A stretch of 64,000 bases of DNA from Catajapyx aquilonaris. Lineage: Eukaryota. Positions within the stretch are counted from its first letter, which is position 1. Every line of letters begins with the position of its first letter. The translations under genes were made by a program, and so were the position numbers. Below are positions 24,501-38,822 of the stretch, piece after piece. Where the stretch lies: positions 1 to 64,000 of the forward strand of contig KZ538284.1 of NCBI GenBank assembly GCA_000934665.2, in the 5' to 3' direction. The notes beneath the pieces are model-generated. The model had not been told where the DNA came from. It made no database searches and saw only the letters and a list, made by a program, of their open reading frames with translations.

Positions 24501-27500
24501 TACTGTTCAAATTAACGAAGGCCTTCAAAATAAAAATTAAATAACGGGTGCCACACACAGGATGCCCCAACAAGAAAGAAGAACCGTTATAGAAATTCTA
24601 CCTGTTCATGTTTTTCCATTAACTTGCGACACAAGAGTCACCCACAGTCTAATAATTTTACTTTTTGTAATAAAAGCATCTTAATTAGGCAAAAATGCGT
24701 AGAAAGGAAATGAGTAGTGTTTTCCCATCTTCTTAATAGCAAAGTAGCTGGTCCTACTTCCTCAATACATAACTTGAGTCATATTTTGTGAGAACAATTT
24801 TCAAGGCATCAGTGACCTAATCCTATAGCTGCTGTCAAGCCCCACAAAAAAGGAGAGCTTGTACTGCCAGTTACCTGAGCTATCTGATCCTCCCTCAGGG
24901 CTGCCGCTGGAGTACATAGTTGCCAATTTCCCATCCAGAATAAACCGGAACCACCCGTTGCTCCCGTTGGACAGCTCAAGGGCAGCTGCATCACTCCACA
25001 CATACAGACAATCCCTTCCCCTGCAAATGCACCAGTCTCGCCAGTGGTAGGCCTTCCCAGGTACAATCTCTGCGGCATCCTCTGTAGCATCCTCAGAACC
25101 CCCTGACTCTTGGTTCTCCCTCCCATTGGAGGCCCCGGTCCCTGTCCCATCAGCAGGCCCAGCCAAGGACTGAACTTTAGCAAAAACTCCCAGGCGTGCA
25201 AAGTGGTCGAGGAATATCTCTGGCTGCTTTGTCATCAGATCTTGCACTATCTGCAGTACAAGCAAGTGGCCATCCTCATCCTCCTCCGTGTCCAGGACCG
25301 CAGCCACCACTTCCACCAGAAGGGTAGCCGGGCCATGGCTGCCGCTCTCTGAGCCACACACTTCTGCGAGCAGGCCACTGCTGATGTAGTGGATCATCTT
25401 CTTGATCAGACTCAAGCTCGTTTTCCTGTAAATGACAGCATATCCATTAGACATAGTTCCTTCCCAACTGCGCCCAAAGAAATGCTACTCAAACGAAGTT
25501 CACTTTTACCACATACGAAATACCCCAGTAATCACGCATTCTGCCACTTGACATGCCCACTTTCAAACATTGTTCATAAGCACATACTTCACTATTGCAT
25601 TTCAGCCATGGCAAGTGGAACTTCAGTTGCTGATGGGTTAGTGACTCTACAGTGTGCAGATTTTAAAGTACATCTTGCACCAAATAACATAAGACACGCA
25701 CCTGACAGACGGCAGCATGGTGCTCTGCAATGCATTGCAAAACACTGGCAGCAAGCGCCTCAGGTATAATGGTGCCATCTCAGGCTCCCCTTTTGGTTCA
25801 GTCCCTGCATTCGACACGTTGCCATATTCGGCTACTCCCTCTGGTGCATCAGTGGGAGAGGAACAAGCAGCAGGGGCTTGTCCAGCACTCACAGGTGGTG
25901 GTGATGATGGCAAGGGCGAAGCTGTTGGCGACTGTGGACCTGCCCCGTCCGAGTGCCTTCTTTCTGGTGGTGCCACCACAATCCATTCCCCTGGACTCTG
26001 TAGTATGGCAGCTACTTCCCGGTGTCCCTCATCATTTCTCTCTCTTGCTTTGTCCAGTGGTGTCTTCCCATCCTCGTCCCGCAAATCTGGGTTGGCCCCA
26101 TGGCGCAGCAGCACCTTGGCAATGGCTGGCCGCCCAAAGCATGCCGCATAATGTAGAGACGATGAGCGTTGTCCCTTGTTAACATCTGCACCACGCTCAC
26201 ACAGGAATTCCACCATTTCCTGGGTGCCAAATGCAGAAGCCCAGTTCAGCAATGTCTGGCCAACGTCATCCATAAAATTGACTTCGATGCCTCCTGAGTC
26301 AATGGCTTCAATCAGGGCATCAGTGTCTTTGCTCCGAATGCAGTCTATTAGCTGCCGATGTGTCTTCTCCCCTGTGCTGTCCATCCGACGAAGAGATGGA
26401 AGGCGCCCTCCAACTGACCCAACTGGACAAGCAGAAACACCTGGTGCACCACATGTGCCAGTGCGAGGGAGTGCCTTCCGACCCTCAAACAGCAACACCA
26501 ACAGCAGGTCAACTAGTCGCATGGTATCAAGCACACACCTTTCATCTCCCTTCAGTGCTTTCTCAATTGCTTCAGGCAAATCTGATCGCAACAGTTCGTG
26601 TGTGATCCCAGGAGAACCACGGCACAAGGTTGATAATAAACTTATGACAGTTGAGACGGAGGCAGGGGACTTGGGTTCTGGGGTAGCCGCCATTGGGAGA
26701 AGACCCATGGCTAGAGCTGGGGGAACAGCAGAAGCAGGGCTGGATAGATGCTGGCTCTGATTGTGGCCTGGGCCACCTGTGCTGGAGGATCCAGAGCCCA
26801 CACCAGTTCCTGCATTAGAGAGCCTTATTAAGAGCTCAGGAAGAAGTCCGTGCTGGGCCAGTGGGGCAGGATCCAGATTGCGACGGGTGAAGCGATCAGC
26901 CAGTGAGGCAAAGCACCTGTTCAGAAGTGAATGTCAATGTTACTATAATCTACATAACATATATTTGAGGCTACGCATAATTAATCTCATAAAACGCCTG
27001 AGGGTTAAAATATCAACTTCAATTACTAGAAAAGTTCCCTGTAATTGACTCCATCAAATATTCTCTCCCACCAACTAGCTAGGATGCATTGTACTTGACA
27101 TGCCATACTAATAAGACTGACACAAAAATAACCCAACAAAATCCACAAATAGCAATACATTACTGGGGAATTTATGTACTTTTTTAAAACGTCTGGCCAT
27201 AAGTTGACTTTGTTCCCGGTACATTTTTTAGTTCCCTGACAGTATCATTTCTGGGTTTAAGGCTAACCAAAAACTCGACAGAGTTGCGAGTGGTACCACC
27301 AAGTGATGCTGTCCTTTCTCTATTGATTATTTAATAATTCCAATCATAGCAAGAATGGTTGCATGTGCACTGGCAGAACCCCATCATGAACTTTATTTTT
27401 TCCAATCATGATGTGATGTAACATTACAAGGACAGCTTTTTCGCTTCTTGATCACTGAACAGCGCAGAATTAATATAATTTTCCTGTACAGTTTCTTGCA

Positions 27501-30500
27501 ATATTTTTCATATGTCTCTAACTTGAATGTTCCATGACTCATAAATTTTTCAGGTCCTTTCTGAGTGGAAATTCTACTGTGTCGTGTATAATGAAACATA
27601 AGTTGAAGTGCTTTTTGGCCAACACCACCATGGCTATGTTGAAATCATGGGTGATATAACGCACACCTTATGATCAATGATGTCTTTTCCACCACTTCAT
27701 ACATTTGTTCGTCCCTACCTGAGTGCACCATCAGCCACAGTAGGATCCTCATGCTGCAAGAGTTGTGACAATGCTCTCACGCAGGATGCCAGAGATGGGT
27801 CGTGTGCCTCCATCTTTGTGCACAGCCTTGACACCACAGCCATAGCAGAATGAAGAGTGTCCTTATGTACCAGCTGTCCATGCTCACGGATGAAACTGAG
27901 CACTGCTGCCAGGCCTCCAGCCTCAAACACAGCACCTGCCTCCCGGGTACACACCAGCTCCAGGACCTTAATGCACTGCTCTGCCAGATCCTTGCTAGTG
28001 CGAGATGACAACTCAGCAGCAGCAAGGCGGTTGCACATGGCCTTAACTGCGCCCTCCACAGCCACAATACGCCTGGTGCACTCAGCAGATACATCCAAGT
28101 AGTAGGTGATGGCACGTGCCGTCACTTCCAGGACGCTTTCAGGCGCACCCTCATCCAGGAAGATGCGGCATAGCGCCGGTAGGAAGGTGCGAGGTGGGCA
28201 ACTGTAAAAAAAAAAATCAGAACATAACCAAATTAGGATATATTGTGTCTTTTCTCACATTGCTCAATTATCCTTCAGAAAACATGAGCCGGCCATGCAT
28301 AATCGTCTCGATAATCGTTAAGCATTCAATATATTCTTTGTCCCTCTGGACGTTCTATTTTGTCATGTTTCACATTTTTTATGTATGAGCCTCATCAACT
28401 CATCTTAGAGGTTGAAACTTTCTTGTTCAGGGTCAGACTTCACTGTTTCCGAGATTTGTACAAAATTTCTTGCGAACACACTAAACCTTTTAAATACTGT
28501 ATCAAACCCAAAAATTGCCAGACGATGCATACGTGACAGTGAACAAATACAAGTCAGCCTAGCACTGCAATATCTGGCACACTGACTAACAACATATGCT
28601 AGTACCATCAACCTAACAGTGCATTGTGCGCCTGCAAACAGTTTAGGTGTTGTAATGCTACTCTGGACAATTTTTAATACCACCTATTGTACTTTTGATT
28701 ATGAATTATAGTATGGTTAGCCGCGACTTTCCCCTCAAATCATTTGGCGATATTGCAAAACTGTCGATATCTTGTCCATTAATGAGTCTAATCATGTCAA
28801 AATGAAAGAAGCACCGATTGTGATACCTGCCCTCAATAGGGGAATTTTGCACATTGTTGTATTGACATGTAGTTTCATAGCTTGGTCACCTTATCCATGC
28901 AACATTTTAAAATGTCTGATTTGAACTATTTGTAATGACAGACAAGCAGGTGACCTCCAGCTGGCAACACTGCATGACTCAACTCCTTCTGTGTTTGGCA
29001 TTAGATCTCAATGCACATTGGTTACGGCCAATTACCTAGGAACAGTCCCCTTTCCAGTTGGCCATTGTTCTCAAATATGCAGCTTTCTAAGGTACACATT
29101 TCCAATGGTGGCAGAAGGTGCCACCCTGTTAATGAGAGGTCACCTCAAGAAACCTGCCCCACCAGTGCAGTGTATCAAATTTCTCAGATCTGAAAAGGAG
29201 CTCACACTACTTCTGTTGACAACCTTGCAGAGATATTTGTACCCACCATGCTTGTACCCCTAACAAGTTGGATGTTAGTACTCTGTGAAGAATGATGTGA
29301 TCAATAATTTCAGATCCACAATAAACCTGTTACTTTACTTTCATGCTTTAAGATGTTTCCTGGCAAGATAACTCCCATTGACGTTAGATATTACGGGAAT
29401 CCTGCTGTGACTCACATTTGTCGGACTTACTCACAGCAAGGTACTTCAGCCTATCCCTCGTAATGCTATCAGTTTCGCTTACCGGATGTGGCAACAAAAG
29501 CTTGGGTTTGAATGGGTGATAAGAATATTATGAACTGAATTACCAAATAAAAGCGTCTGCTAATGTGGCCCAAATCAATCTAAATTATGTCAAATTTTAG
29601 TGGCAATTAAGACTGTAACGCTGAGCATTATCTTGCTACTGACCTCTTTCTCTGCTACTTCTGGCATTATCACATATCCTGTCTTCGAAAGAAAGAAACC
29701 TCTGCCTTCTATTTTTTAGCAACACAGTCATTGTCTATGAGGTAGAATATCTTGCTATATTAAATTTAGGAGTTGTAAACCTATGTAACATTTCAACCAG
29801 CAGATGTAATCTACGCTACACATACATTTTTTAAATCTAAATTATACCCGTGATTGAGCCTTCGGCTCTCTTAGGGGAATTAAGCTAGCTACATATGCAT
29901 TTACAGACACAGAATCTGGACGGTCTTCACTATAGAGTTACAGCAGTTTTGCAGAAAGCACATGATTTGAAGTCACAATATGACTGAAAACTGTCATGGA
30001 ACTTTCAATACGATTAATAGCAAAAATTTTGCACCAAATTCAGCCTCAGCCCCAAGGAGTGTAACGTACCAATTAATCCCAAACCTCTCACTTACAACAA
30101 GCACATTGATTATACTGATATAGATCGCTTGCTCAAACTTCTCAGAATGTATTAGCTCTCCCCTATGCATGGCAAATCATGCACAAACATGAATGTTACA
30201 CTAAAAAGGATTATCGTGCCTGTGAAGTGGTTGGGCGTGCAATATGCATAATAAAGGTCACAATTTTTGTCCTGACCTTCAATAACAACAACATGATACC
30301 CTACTTGGGCTTACTGAGGGCCTTTTACGGGGGTCTTCTTTCATTGGTCACCTGAGTTTGAATCATTGCCTGTGCCGCTTTTGGACTTTGATTATGGACG
30401 AAAATGGGAAAACCCTGAGAATATGGAGAGAACCCATCTAAACTCTCTCCATATGGGAACTGGCAATCAAATGTGAGATCTCAGAGGTGGAAGGCTGTGA

Positions 30501-31825
30501 CAATGCACCAACAACTGATCAGGCATGGTCAATGGTCACGGCTTAGATGACAGACCAAGGATAAGGTGAGGCTAAGGCAGCAATCAATGTTTCTTTTTTA
30601 TCCTGCAGTCGGTTGCATAAGTTCGTCATCCCTAAACTTATTAGTATGCAGTAATAAAAGTACAGGGCCATATACGTTACTGTTCCTTTGGCCAATTACT
30701 ACTGGTTAGGCTCCTATGGCACAACCAACTCCTACTCAGGATTCACTTATCTGATAATTTGACACTTTGATTGCACAGTTGTAGCACTAATATGCATAAG
30801 CGCTTCACCAATTTTCATTCCCACTGTTACGCACCATAAAATTTGTATTCTTTCCCACTGTTACGTGCCATAAAATTGGTATATTACAAGTACTTGGTCA
30901 TATTTCACAAGGCACCTTGCATAATTTGCATCATTGCACATCCCTCACAATTGAAAATTTATTAATTCCTCATCATCCATGGTTACTAGACAACTGTCTC
31001 CAAAACATGAGAGCAAGGACAAAGGTGGCAAAAAAAAAAAGCATCCCACACTTGCCAAACAGCTGTGAACTGGTTTTGAAAACTTGCCAAATGAGAAAAC
31101 CTTTTTCAATCGCCTCCCAGCTGAGTCCTTGGTACACTATTCTGTTGAGAAGTTGAGGCGCTGTCAAATGGGTGGAGCCAAGTAAACTTTCCTCATCTGC
31201 TCTAAACAATTTGAGGGCCAAGTTCACCCCTAAGGGGCCCTACACGCAAAAGTAAAGTCGACTCTAAATATCCGAACTTATTCTAAGAATACATATCAAC
31301 ATGGTGGTTAAATTCTGAGGGTCAGCTTGTAAAAGCATGTCAATGATAAAGTCGTGATTCAGTCACATTATGTTTTATATTGTGTTGGAAGGGTTAATCC
31401 TCTTTCTTTGTAGCGACTGTCTCTTTCAGAAATAATCCATTGCTTAACACACAGTCTGCCTCTTTGTCTCACAGTCTCATGAGTCACCTGCATGTAACGT
31501 GATGTGATATTACATCACTCACCTTACTATGCACATCTTATAATTAGTAGGTTCACTACTGCAGCCTTTCATGCAAGCAGAGTTTAAGTGATCGGCTCAC
31601 GTATTCCTTGTATTGTGCCTCAGGCATCCACTGTACTTATCATAGCATGACTGGCTACGTCTGACAAGCTAGAATTACCACGTACCTTTCAAAGCACCGG
31701 TCCACGTTGTCAGACATGAGGAGCAGCATGCAGAGCTGCTCCAGTGCGATGAGCTGCATATCCCGCTCATCTCCCTGCCCCGTAGTCAACCACTCCAGGA
31801 GAGTTTCGGGATCCACGTCGGCCAT
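12549..31825 (-). CDS. HECTD1: E3 ubiquitin-protein ligase HECTD1/Ufd4 (armadillo-like, ankyrin, SUN-like, MIB/HERC2, HECT domains)
   Basis: Start [13 protein letters not shown] at 31825; ~20 exons including ankyrin block ([24 protein letters not shown]), [58 protein letters not shown], and HECT C-term [16 protein letters not shown]...EKGFHLN* at 12549; 5' UTR acceptor at ~32006 and probable first exon near 36000-36500. Confidence 0.97.
20246..20551 (-). ncRNA. Intronic H/ACA snoRNA candidate, copy A (5' hairpin interrupted by a MITE)
   Basis: 3' hairpin TTCATCC...GGATGAT followed by ACA (20251-20249); H box ATAATA (20323-20318); removing the MITE restores the 5' hairpin GCATGA...CCATCCAGGC...GTTTGTGATGG...TCATGC; ~131 nt without the insertion. 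Confidence 0.6.
20333..20505. mobile_element. Tc1/mariner-like MITE (TA target duplication)
   Basis: TA-CATGAGGGGGTTAAAATCAAAAACCGACAGCTCC...GGAGCTGTCGGTTTTTTATTTTAACCCCCTCACA-TA. Confidence 0.85.
21233..21358 (-). ncRNA. Intronic H/ACA snoRNA candidate, copy B
   Basis: Hairpin (GCAT...CTTCC...GGAAG...ATGC), H box ATAACA (21306-21301), hairpin TTCATCCTTACTGGTGAG...CTCACTGTTGGGGATGAA, then ACA (21238-21236) plus 3 nt; ~126 nt, sense to host, ~70 nt from the 3' splice site. Confidence 0.72.
21898..22036 (-). ncRNA. Intronic H/ACA snoRNA candidate, copy C
   Basis: Hairpin GCATGAAACA...CCACCAAGAT...ATCTTTGGGG...TGTTTAACATGC, H box ATATTA (21973-21968), hairpin TTCATCTTTACTGGTGAG...CTCACTGTTGGAGATGAA, then ACA (21903-21901); compensatory C-G to T-A change in the lower stem relative to copy B. 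Confidence 0.75.
30300..30500 (-). mobile_element. Possible degenerate SINE-like remnant in a HECTD1 intron
   Basis: Minus strand reads GCCTTCCACCTCTGAG...GGGTTCTCTCCATATTCTCAGGGTTTTCCC, reminiscent of tRNA-derived SINE bodies; weak and by eye only. Confidence 0.25.
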
Positions 31826-34800
31826 TTCCCCCCTCCTTTTTTTCAGTCACACTTCCACTGACACTGCACCTCTACACACCCACTCCACCGCTAGCAAGTT
31901 TTGATGTTCATTTTGCACACCACACCATCACACTTCGTGCCTAGTGAGGATAATTTCACAATTCCTTGGATGGTGGGATCAGGAGATAACTCTTCTTTCC
32001 TGATACCTGGAATCAAAAGAAACTGGATCACAATCACTTAACCATGACTCGTACTGGATTATTCTTAAATATACTAGATCTCTCCTCTCCCCTGCCACCA
32101 ACTAAGATTTCCACCGTATTGCTCCACTTTTCCTTAACCTTACAGTGAAATCTCCTTATCAGTTACATTCTGGAGCAGTCAGACAAAAGAAACCTTATCG
32201 GCTGTCACTTGTTGCAAGAGTATTAATGCTAGCTACCATTTCTCTGTAAAATGCGGCACTAAATCCAACTGTTTCAGGCGAGGTCAGCCAATGTCTATGC
32301 AAACCTGTATTTTTGAGGGATGGTTCCCTAAATTGTGTGCTCTGTTCAAAACAGCATGACCTTTGTCCTATAAACAACATCTATTCAATTAAAATGTTAC
32401 ATATCCTGATACAGAGGGCAAATGCAAGGCTGTCAATATAAAGTGTCAACTTGCACCCAAGACACCAGTTGTTGGCAGTTTTGATCAAAGTTCATGCTGC
32501 GCCATCAGAATTATGGTCATTTCTTGGCCGTCATCCAAAGGTGCATTGCACGACAAGAATACAGACAAAAGATATCAACATTAGCAAGTAATTTGACTGG
32601 AGCAAAAACCTTGGGAGGATAACAGATTCCTGCGTCTGGCGTTCATTGTGTGACTTTGTTATTACCTCACATGAGGCCACGTCACGCACCATTTGCTCAA
32701 ACACAAGCGTCATAGTCTCATGTCAGTTGATTCAGTTACTCCAATAAATCAATCAACATAAAAATTTCAAAAGCCAGTGGAAACTAGTGACTGAAACAGA
32801 CCTAAATAAGTGCTAAGAGTAAACCAGGTGGAACTAAATTTTCTTAATGATCTGAAGCTTCCTTGAATACCGACAATGCTCTGCACACTTGCAAGCGACA
32901 CTACTGAAGGCCACCCACACACCACTTGGCTACGTGAAATTTCACCTCTGTTCTCCTCTCACTCTCCCACTCCCTTCATGTGGAAGTGCTTGCACTTTTA
33001 CTTCCACCTGGTTTTCCCTAGGAGCACTTATGATCCATTTCAGGATGCATTTCCCAATTCCCTCCCGGGGAGAGTCACATGGGTTGTTGTTGTTCAGGCT
33101 GAATTTATATGCACAAACATGTGCGAAACAAAAATAATCTTCAGTCACTGCCCAAATGGTATACCACATATTTGCTACACAATGGTGGCTATTACCATAT
33201 CCTGTGTTAACGTCCTTACATGCCTCCCTTTGACACGTGATGTCCGAGAGACTCAGACGAAGCAGTATTTTTATTTAAAAACTGGACAAACCCCAAGAAC
33301 ATGGGCAGAGTTGTCTGGCAGATTAATCCCACTAAAAGAGTGAATTTGATACAGTCCAATACATTCACACCTCCAGCAAGTGTATTAAAAACTTTCTAAT
33401 GCCGACTAGCTGCAGGATACAATTATATTCATGACATGCAATGTTACTTTGAAAACAAAAGTTTTGCACTTTTGAAAACGCTGATGCCACCTGGCATAAA
33501 AATGTCTCATCTCCATTTGAACTGCATCCACAGGCAGCCCTTGGAAGCAAGAGAAAGCAACAAACCCTTCCACAGCCATTTCCTTTGTATATTTTACATG
33601 ATCATGCATCACAAACACAGCAATTTGCTTGACTATACTCTCAGTCATTTGCATGTGCAGTTTGAATTTCCAAGTGTGGTTTAGTAGGAAATTAATCATA
33701 CGAGTTCAAGTCAGAGTAGGTTAAACAAAGCATGCAGTGTATGATGAAAGGTAGCAGTTAGCAGCAACTCCAAATAAATGTCTCAGTGGTCACGGTATGC
33801 TCCCAAGGAGATATTAAATTTATTAAGAAGCTGATCAAGATAATTTCTTTTCCCGATCTTTCCAGGGAATGACTCTACAACTTTCAAAAGACATAAAATT
33901 GAAAACGGGCATGTCTTTTGAAACCAACTGCAATTTCAATGGGCTAGAAACTGACCGATTGTACACAAAACTACTGCCTTTGAAAATGAATGTGATGCCT
34001 ATCAATGCATTGATACAGCTTCTCACTATTGACATCAGCATGCACGAAATGGTCCTAGTTTTACTAGAGTTACATCCACGTACTGCTTTATTGACATTTG
34101 GTCGTGCTTACGTGTACTGTTGAAATCACAGGACCAGCCAGTAATTTCCTGCATATGTCCACACTAACCATGGCACTTTCAACAATGCAGTCCACCTAGA
34201 TATGTGTCCTTTCACAACAGACAACTATGTCAGATGCTTAATCTTTGATCAACATTTGATACACGTCACATGCAAGCGTTTCAGTGTAGCGAGTGTGTGT
34301 TTCCAACTGCTACAACATTAATTCCCACAGTGAAAGGCAGACCACGCCATTATCTGAGATTCCCCAACATCTGCAAGGTTCAAGTCAAGATCTTTCCTAT
34401 TCACAGAACCCAATCTAAGTAACTGCAATTAGCTAGGAGGATGGCATGCCGTCATTGGTTCCAAGCTTTGGCAAGGCCTTGTCATGCTCAGTAGCATCTG
34501 GTTATAACTGCTTTCAACAGATTTTGTGTGCATGAAGCGTACATGAGTAAGTACCATCAGTCTCAACTGGTATCAACAAATAAAAGTGGCAGACAGTTAT
34601 GTTTCCCAGGCAACCTGTTACCTCTTCAAACTTGGCCTCCTTATGCGCAGTGGTCTCCCCTGATACACACCAAACTACAAGCAATGGGCACGGACAGTTA
34701 TGAACTTCTCCAATGCACCCTAACCACAGCGCACGGGTCCCAAACTCATCCAAGTCCTTGTTTATTACTTCTGCCCCAACCCAGGCCTCCTTGAGCCCCC

Positions 34801-34974
34801 CTACAGGTCACATGCTCCTAATCACGCAATCCAGGATGCCTTTGTGGCAGTGAACCCAGTAAAACAAACCTGGCCAGACAGTTTAATCATCAGTTATTTT
34901 TGTCAACAACTTATACTACCAAGTGCAAATCGGCCACATTTGTTTCACCAAGTTCAGTGTTCCTTGTCCTAAGG

Positions 34975-35446
34975 CAGTGGTTCCCAACCTTTTTTTCCCC
35001 CCTCGAGGCCCACTAAAAACTCTGAAGGCACCCCTAACTTTACACTCACTGTCAGTATAAAGCAGTGTTTACATGTGAGCGATTTGATCAGCATTGTTGC
35101 GAAAGTAACATGGCTGGTAACAAAATATTTTCGCCCCAAACAATTGGTTACATCACTGCAACATCGAGCGCTGATAAATCGCTTGCATGTAAAAGCGGCT
35201 TCTTGCGAATAGTCATATTTCAAAGTGAAATAGTAAATAAGAGTTGCATCACATTTCAACAAGTATTACGACACATTTGATAAAATATTAACTAGAAAAA
35301 CACTCACTTCGCTTGCATTTTTCTATGACTGAGGTTAGAGAAATACCTGCTTTCCTCGTGTTTTTCTTAGTTAATACAAATAAATTTCACATGGCGGGAA
35401 AGTATGATATTCATTATATTCGCGGCACCCCCGTTGGGAACCACTG
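34975..35446. mobile_element. hAT (Charlie-like) non-autonomous element
   Basis: TIR CAGTGGTTCCCAAC...GTTGGGAACCACTG; subterminal GGCACCCC motifs; no clear 8-bp TSD remains. Confidence 0.7.
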
Positions 35447-36605
35447 ACTGCCCAAGTCAAAACCCTGCATCTCTGCTTTTTGTCATTTCGACACATTCGC
35501 GTCTGAAGTTTTTCGTTTCCATTATCGTATATGGAAGGGCATGATTTCAATTGGGCTGAAACTTTGTAACAGTTGCTCATACAGTTTCCGGCTTCGTACC
35601 AAAAGGCGTGACTTGCAAAGAGGAGTCCAATGGTGCTCCATTTATGTGATTTTCAAAGATGCGAAGTTTTCACTTGGGCCGTCAGCAGTGTCCTCGACCA
35701 TCACAGGTTTTGCTCGAACACGCCGAGTTTCAATGTGTCACACTGACAAGTGAGTTCTAGCTATATGATGTATATGTCGTCTCTCTAGGTTTATTATCGC
35801 TTTGGCCGCACTCAATCACTGACTAAATGCAATCCACGATGCAACCTATAAGTTATCGTGTTGCGGCTGAACCATGTTATGGCTACACCATGTTACGGTT
35901 AAACAACTGTACTTTTCGCAATGATGGTGCCGTGCTCTGGAAGCACACGATTACCTTGTGCCAGGTGTTCCTTCCCCAAAAACTTCACCCACACATCGCA
36001 CACTGACCATGAAGGTTTTTTATTCCTCAGACAAACAACTGGGAAACAGGCCAACTTTGCACAACTCCCTTCCAACTAGGAGGCAAACTCTAACGGGACT
36101 TTCTTCCACCACCAAACCCCTCCATTTCCCCCCCGCCACAACTAGGCCTATCCGCATTTACCTTCTCTTTTTTTTTAATTCCAGGAAATTATTCCTCCTG
36201 CAGAATCATCACTACCCCCACCATCCGCCCCACCTCCCCCCCGTTCCAAATTAAATAAAAAAAAAAATGGCTTTTTCCAAAGTTTTCCTCTAAAACGGGG
36301 GGGGCTGGCTGGCCCTTGCTGTTCTCTCCGAAATGGGCCACTTCGCTCTTCCGTCCCTTTTTCTTTTTCTACCCCTCTTTTTTTTCCTTCTTTTTTCCCC
36401 CCCCCTCCTCCTCCTCCCTTTTTGCCCTGCTGCTGCTGCTTTGTGCAAGAATCTACCGGACAATTTTGGAACTACGGCCGCCATCTTTGGTCCAAATTGA
36501 TGCGTCATCCACTCAGATAGCTAGTGGCAAATAACAGCTACTTAGCTACGACGAGAGTAGAACCAAAGATATCTTTGGGCAGAACCGTGGGTAGAACCAA
36601 CGAGT

Positions 36606-36675
36606 GGAATTTTCGTCCCACTAGCTGGTTACTGCAACTTAACAGTAAGTGGATAAGTAACTAGCAGTGGGACAA
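36606..36675. repeat. Dispersed hairpin repeat (GTCCCACT...AGCAGTGGGAC), same family as 1600-1630 and 2845-2895
   Basis: GAATTTTCGTCCCACTAGC...GTAACTAGCAGTGGGACAA matches TAATTTTCGTCCCACTGC...GTAACTAGCAGTGGGACAA at 2844-2892. Confidence 0.7.
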
Positions 36676-37478
36676 CACTCGTCGCTACTGTAGCTAATAT
36701 AGCTGATATAACCATTTTGTGGCCACCAAAGCATTGCTAGTAGCTACTGGCAGATAACTAATATCCGCAACATTGAATTGTAATTAATGACAATAATTTG
36801 CATCGATTTGCATAATAGGCCATGTTTTTTTTGAGGTAATTTGAGTGTAATTAGTGCTCAGTAGGGGGGTCAAACATGGCTGGATGTTTTGCAGGGAGCC
36901 GGACCTTGTTGTGTTGGAGGTGGTTTCTGCGACGTAGGTGATCACGTGATATGATATGAAGTGGCGCTGCTGATGGCCTCGTGCGATTTTTTGATGGGGG
37001 CGAGGAGGATTTTTTGCAAGAAAAAAAATTCGATTTTGCAATGGAGGGGTGTTGCACTTTTTTGTTTGCAGGGGGCGATTGACATTTTGTAATGGCGAAG
37101 TTACCGTACTGTATTTTTTGTTTTTCATGTAATAAAAGAACTGATATGGAGGAATAATATTGGTGGCCATGAAATTCTGGAATAATTTACATAAAAGTTG
37201 AGACATCATTCGTGTTAAGAATTTCGGTATATTTCGGTGCCTATATTTCCAGCCAAAAAAAAAAAAAGGTACTGTACAACAGGAGCTGAACAACTGATGA
37301 ATAAAAATTGTTCAGAGTGAAACTCCTTGGCTGACAATGCAAACAATATATATAAGCAACACTGCAATAATTGTTGCTAATATAAACAAACACTCTATGG
37401 TTGACAGTGGCAACAATTATTTGGAGCAAAGCCATTCTAAACTCTTCCTCCAAGCGTGGAGTACGTAACGCTTCCAAG

Positions 37479-38680
37479 ATGGACCTCAGCTTGCTGGACA
37501 CGGTTGGAGACTACATATGGCGTTCTGGAACATCCCTGGATATGGAGAAGCGCTTGTTGCTCCAGAGTAGCCTGACGATCATGCAGAACGAGGGCCACTT
37601 TCAGCGGATGGAACTCTGGGGACGTATATTTGGGACAGATCGAGACTACTACATTGCCTGTGGGACCCACAATGACTACCTCACCACCCGCACGTTTATG
37701 TACAGCAATGACTGTCTCACCTGGGGTCTCATGCCTACCATCACGGCTCAAACCCAGACCTTGGTCTTGACCTGTCCTGGACGCTTTGTAGGCGACCCAT
37801 CAGCTGAAGTGGAAAGTGGAATGCCCAAAGAGGGAGCAAAGCCCAGTACCATCGGTGGTGGGGACGAACCGGGTCCTGAGGAGGGCGAATCCAACATGAC
37901 CCTCGTGAAGGAGGAGGACAGGCTGGTAGCAGTGGTCCGGGAGATAGATCAGGAAGTGGCTGTGGCTCCCAGAGGTGCAGTCATCAAGACTGGGGAAGGG
38001 ATTGCCATTGTTAACAAGGCATTCCGTGGACTCAACAAGGACCAGGCAATAGACCTCAGCAACTACCTGCACCTCAAGAAAATACCGCCTCCAAAGAGCG
38101 TCCCAGAGTGGACATCCAACCTGCTGCTCAGAAGCGACGGGAACCCAGCATATGACTTCATGGATCCCTTATCTGATGACATTCCTCAAGGTACGCATCT
38201 TTATACAGTGTGTTTAATAATGTATTAATTAATTAATATTGAAGGTATGTGTGAGTTGACATGGGATGCATATGTAATTTATCACTAATGTGCAGTAAGA
38301 AGAAGTGGAAACAACTAGTTTATTTGCATGTGCAATCTACGTTAAAGTAATGAACTACAGTTGTCCAGTCAACACAATACTTCGAGATAAAACTGGTCAC
38401 TGAAAGTAGTCCTAACTACACATGGAAAAGTACACGGCCAGCACATCACAGTATTCCGCATAGTAATACAAACAAAAAGCAAAGAATAACCAACAGGTAT
38501 TTTTCTCCCTTATTAGGGTGCTGGGTGCTGAACATGGAGTCAAACGACAAACTAGCAGTGCTACGAAGCCTTCTGTGGCCTGGCATGACAGCCTTCCACA
38601 CCCTGGGGACACCTGCTTTTGGCTTCTTCTACGCTGGGCTGGGGTTGGCCAATCCAGACCTGCCCCACATGTTGTACTGA
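37479..38680 (+). CDS. RSPH9: Radial spoke head protein 9 homolog
   Basis: Exons 37479-38190 and 38517-38680; motifs LWGRIFGTDRDYYIA, GRFVGDPS, VKEEDRLVAVVREIDQEVAVAPRGA, DFMDPLSDDIPQGCW, LRSLLWPG, NPDLPHML. Confidence 0.93.
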
Positions 38681-38822
38681 ACCCTACCCTGGTTCTTTGT
38701 TCTCCCCATCCATTCCACCCTTCACCAAATTTCCATCTAAAGTTAAAAGAAACACTTGTTTTACCATGACCCTGATAATTTGGCATTCACTGTATTGTCG
38801 ATTTGTTTCAAAAAAAAAAAAA

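Noticed and set aside
25480..25620. Hairpin CCACTTGACATG...CATGGCAAGTGG with a TTACTGGGGTAT motif in another HECTD1 intron (possible fourth snoRNA)
   Set aside because: No convincing ANANNA hinge or correctly placed ACA box; kept only as a candidate for a covariance-model search
30818..30885. 33-bp tandem duplication TTCCCACTGTTACG..CCATAAAATT.GTAT
   Set aside because: Ordinary local slippage duplication in an intron
28400..35900. Numerous 60-155-aa ORFs in the long HECTD1 5' introns
   Set aside because: No splice-consistent structure or recognisable domains; composition is typical of random intronic ORFs
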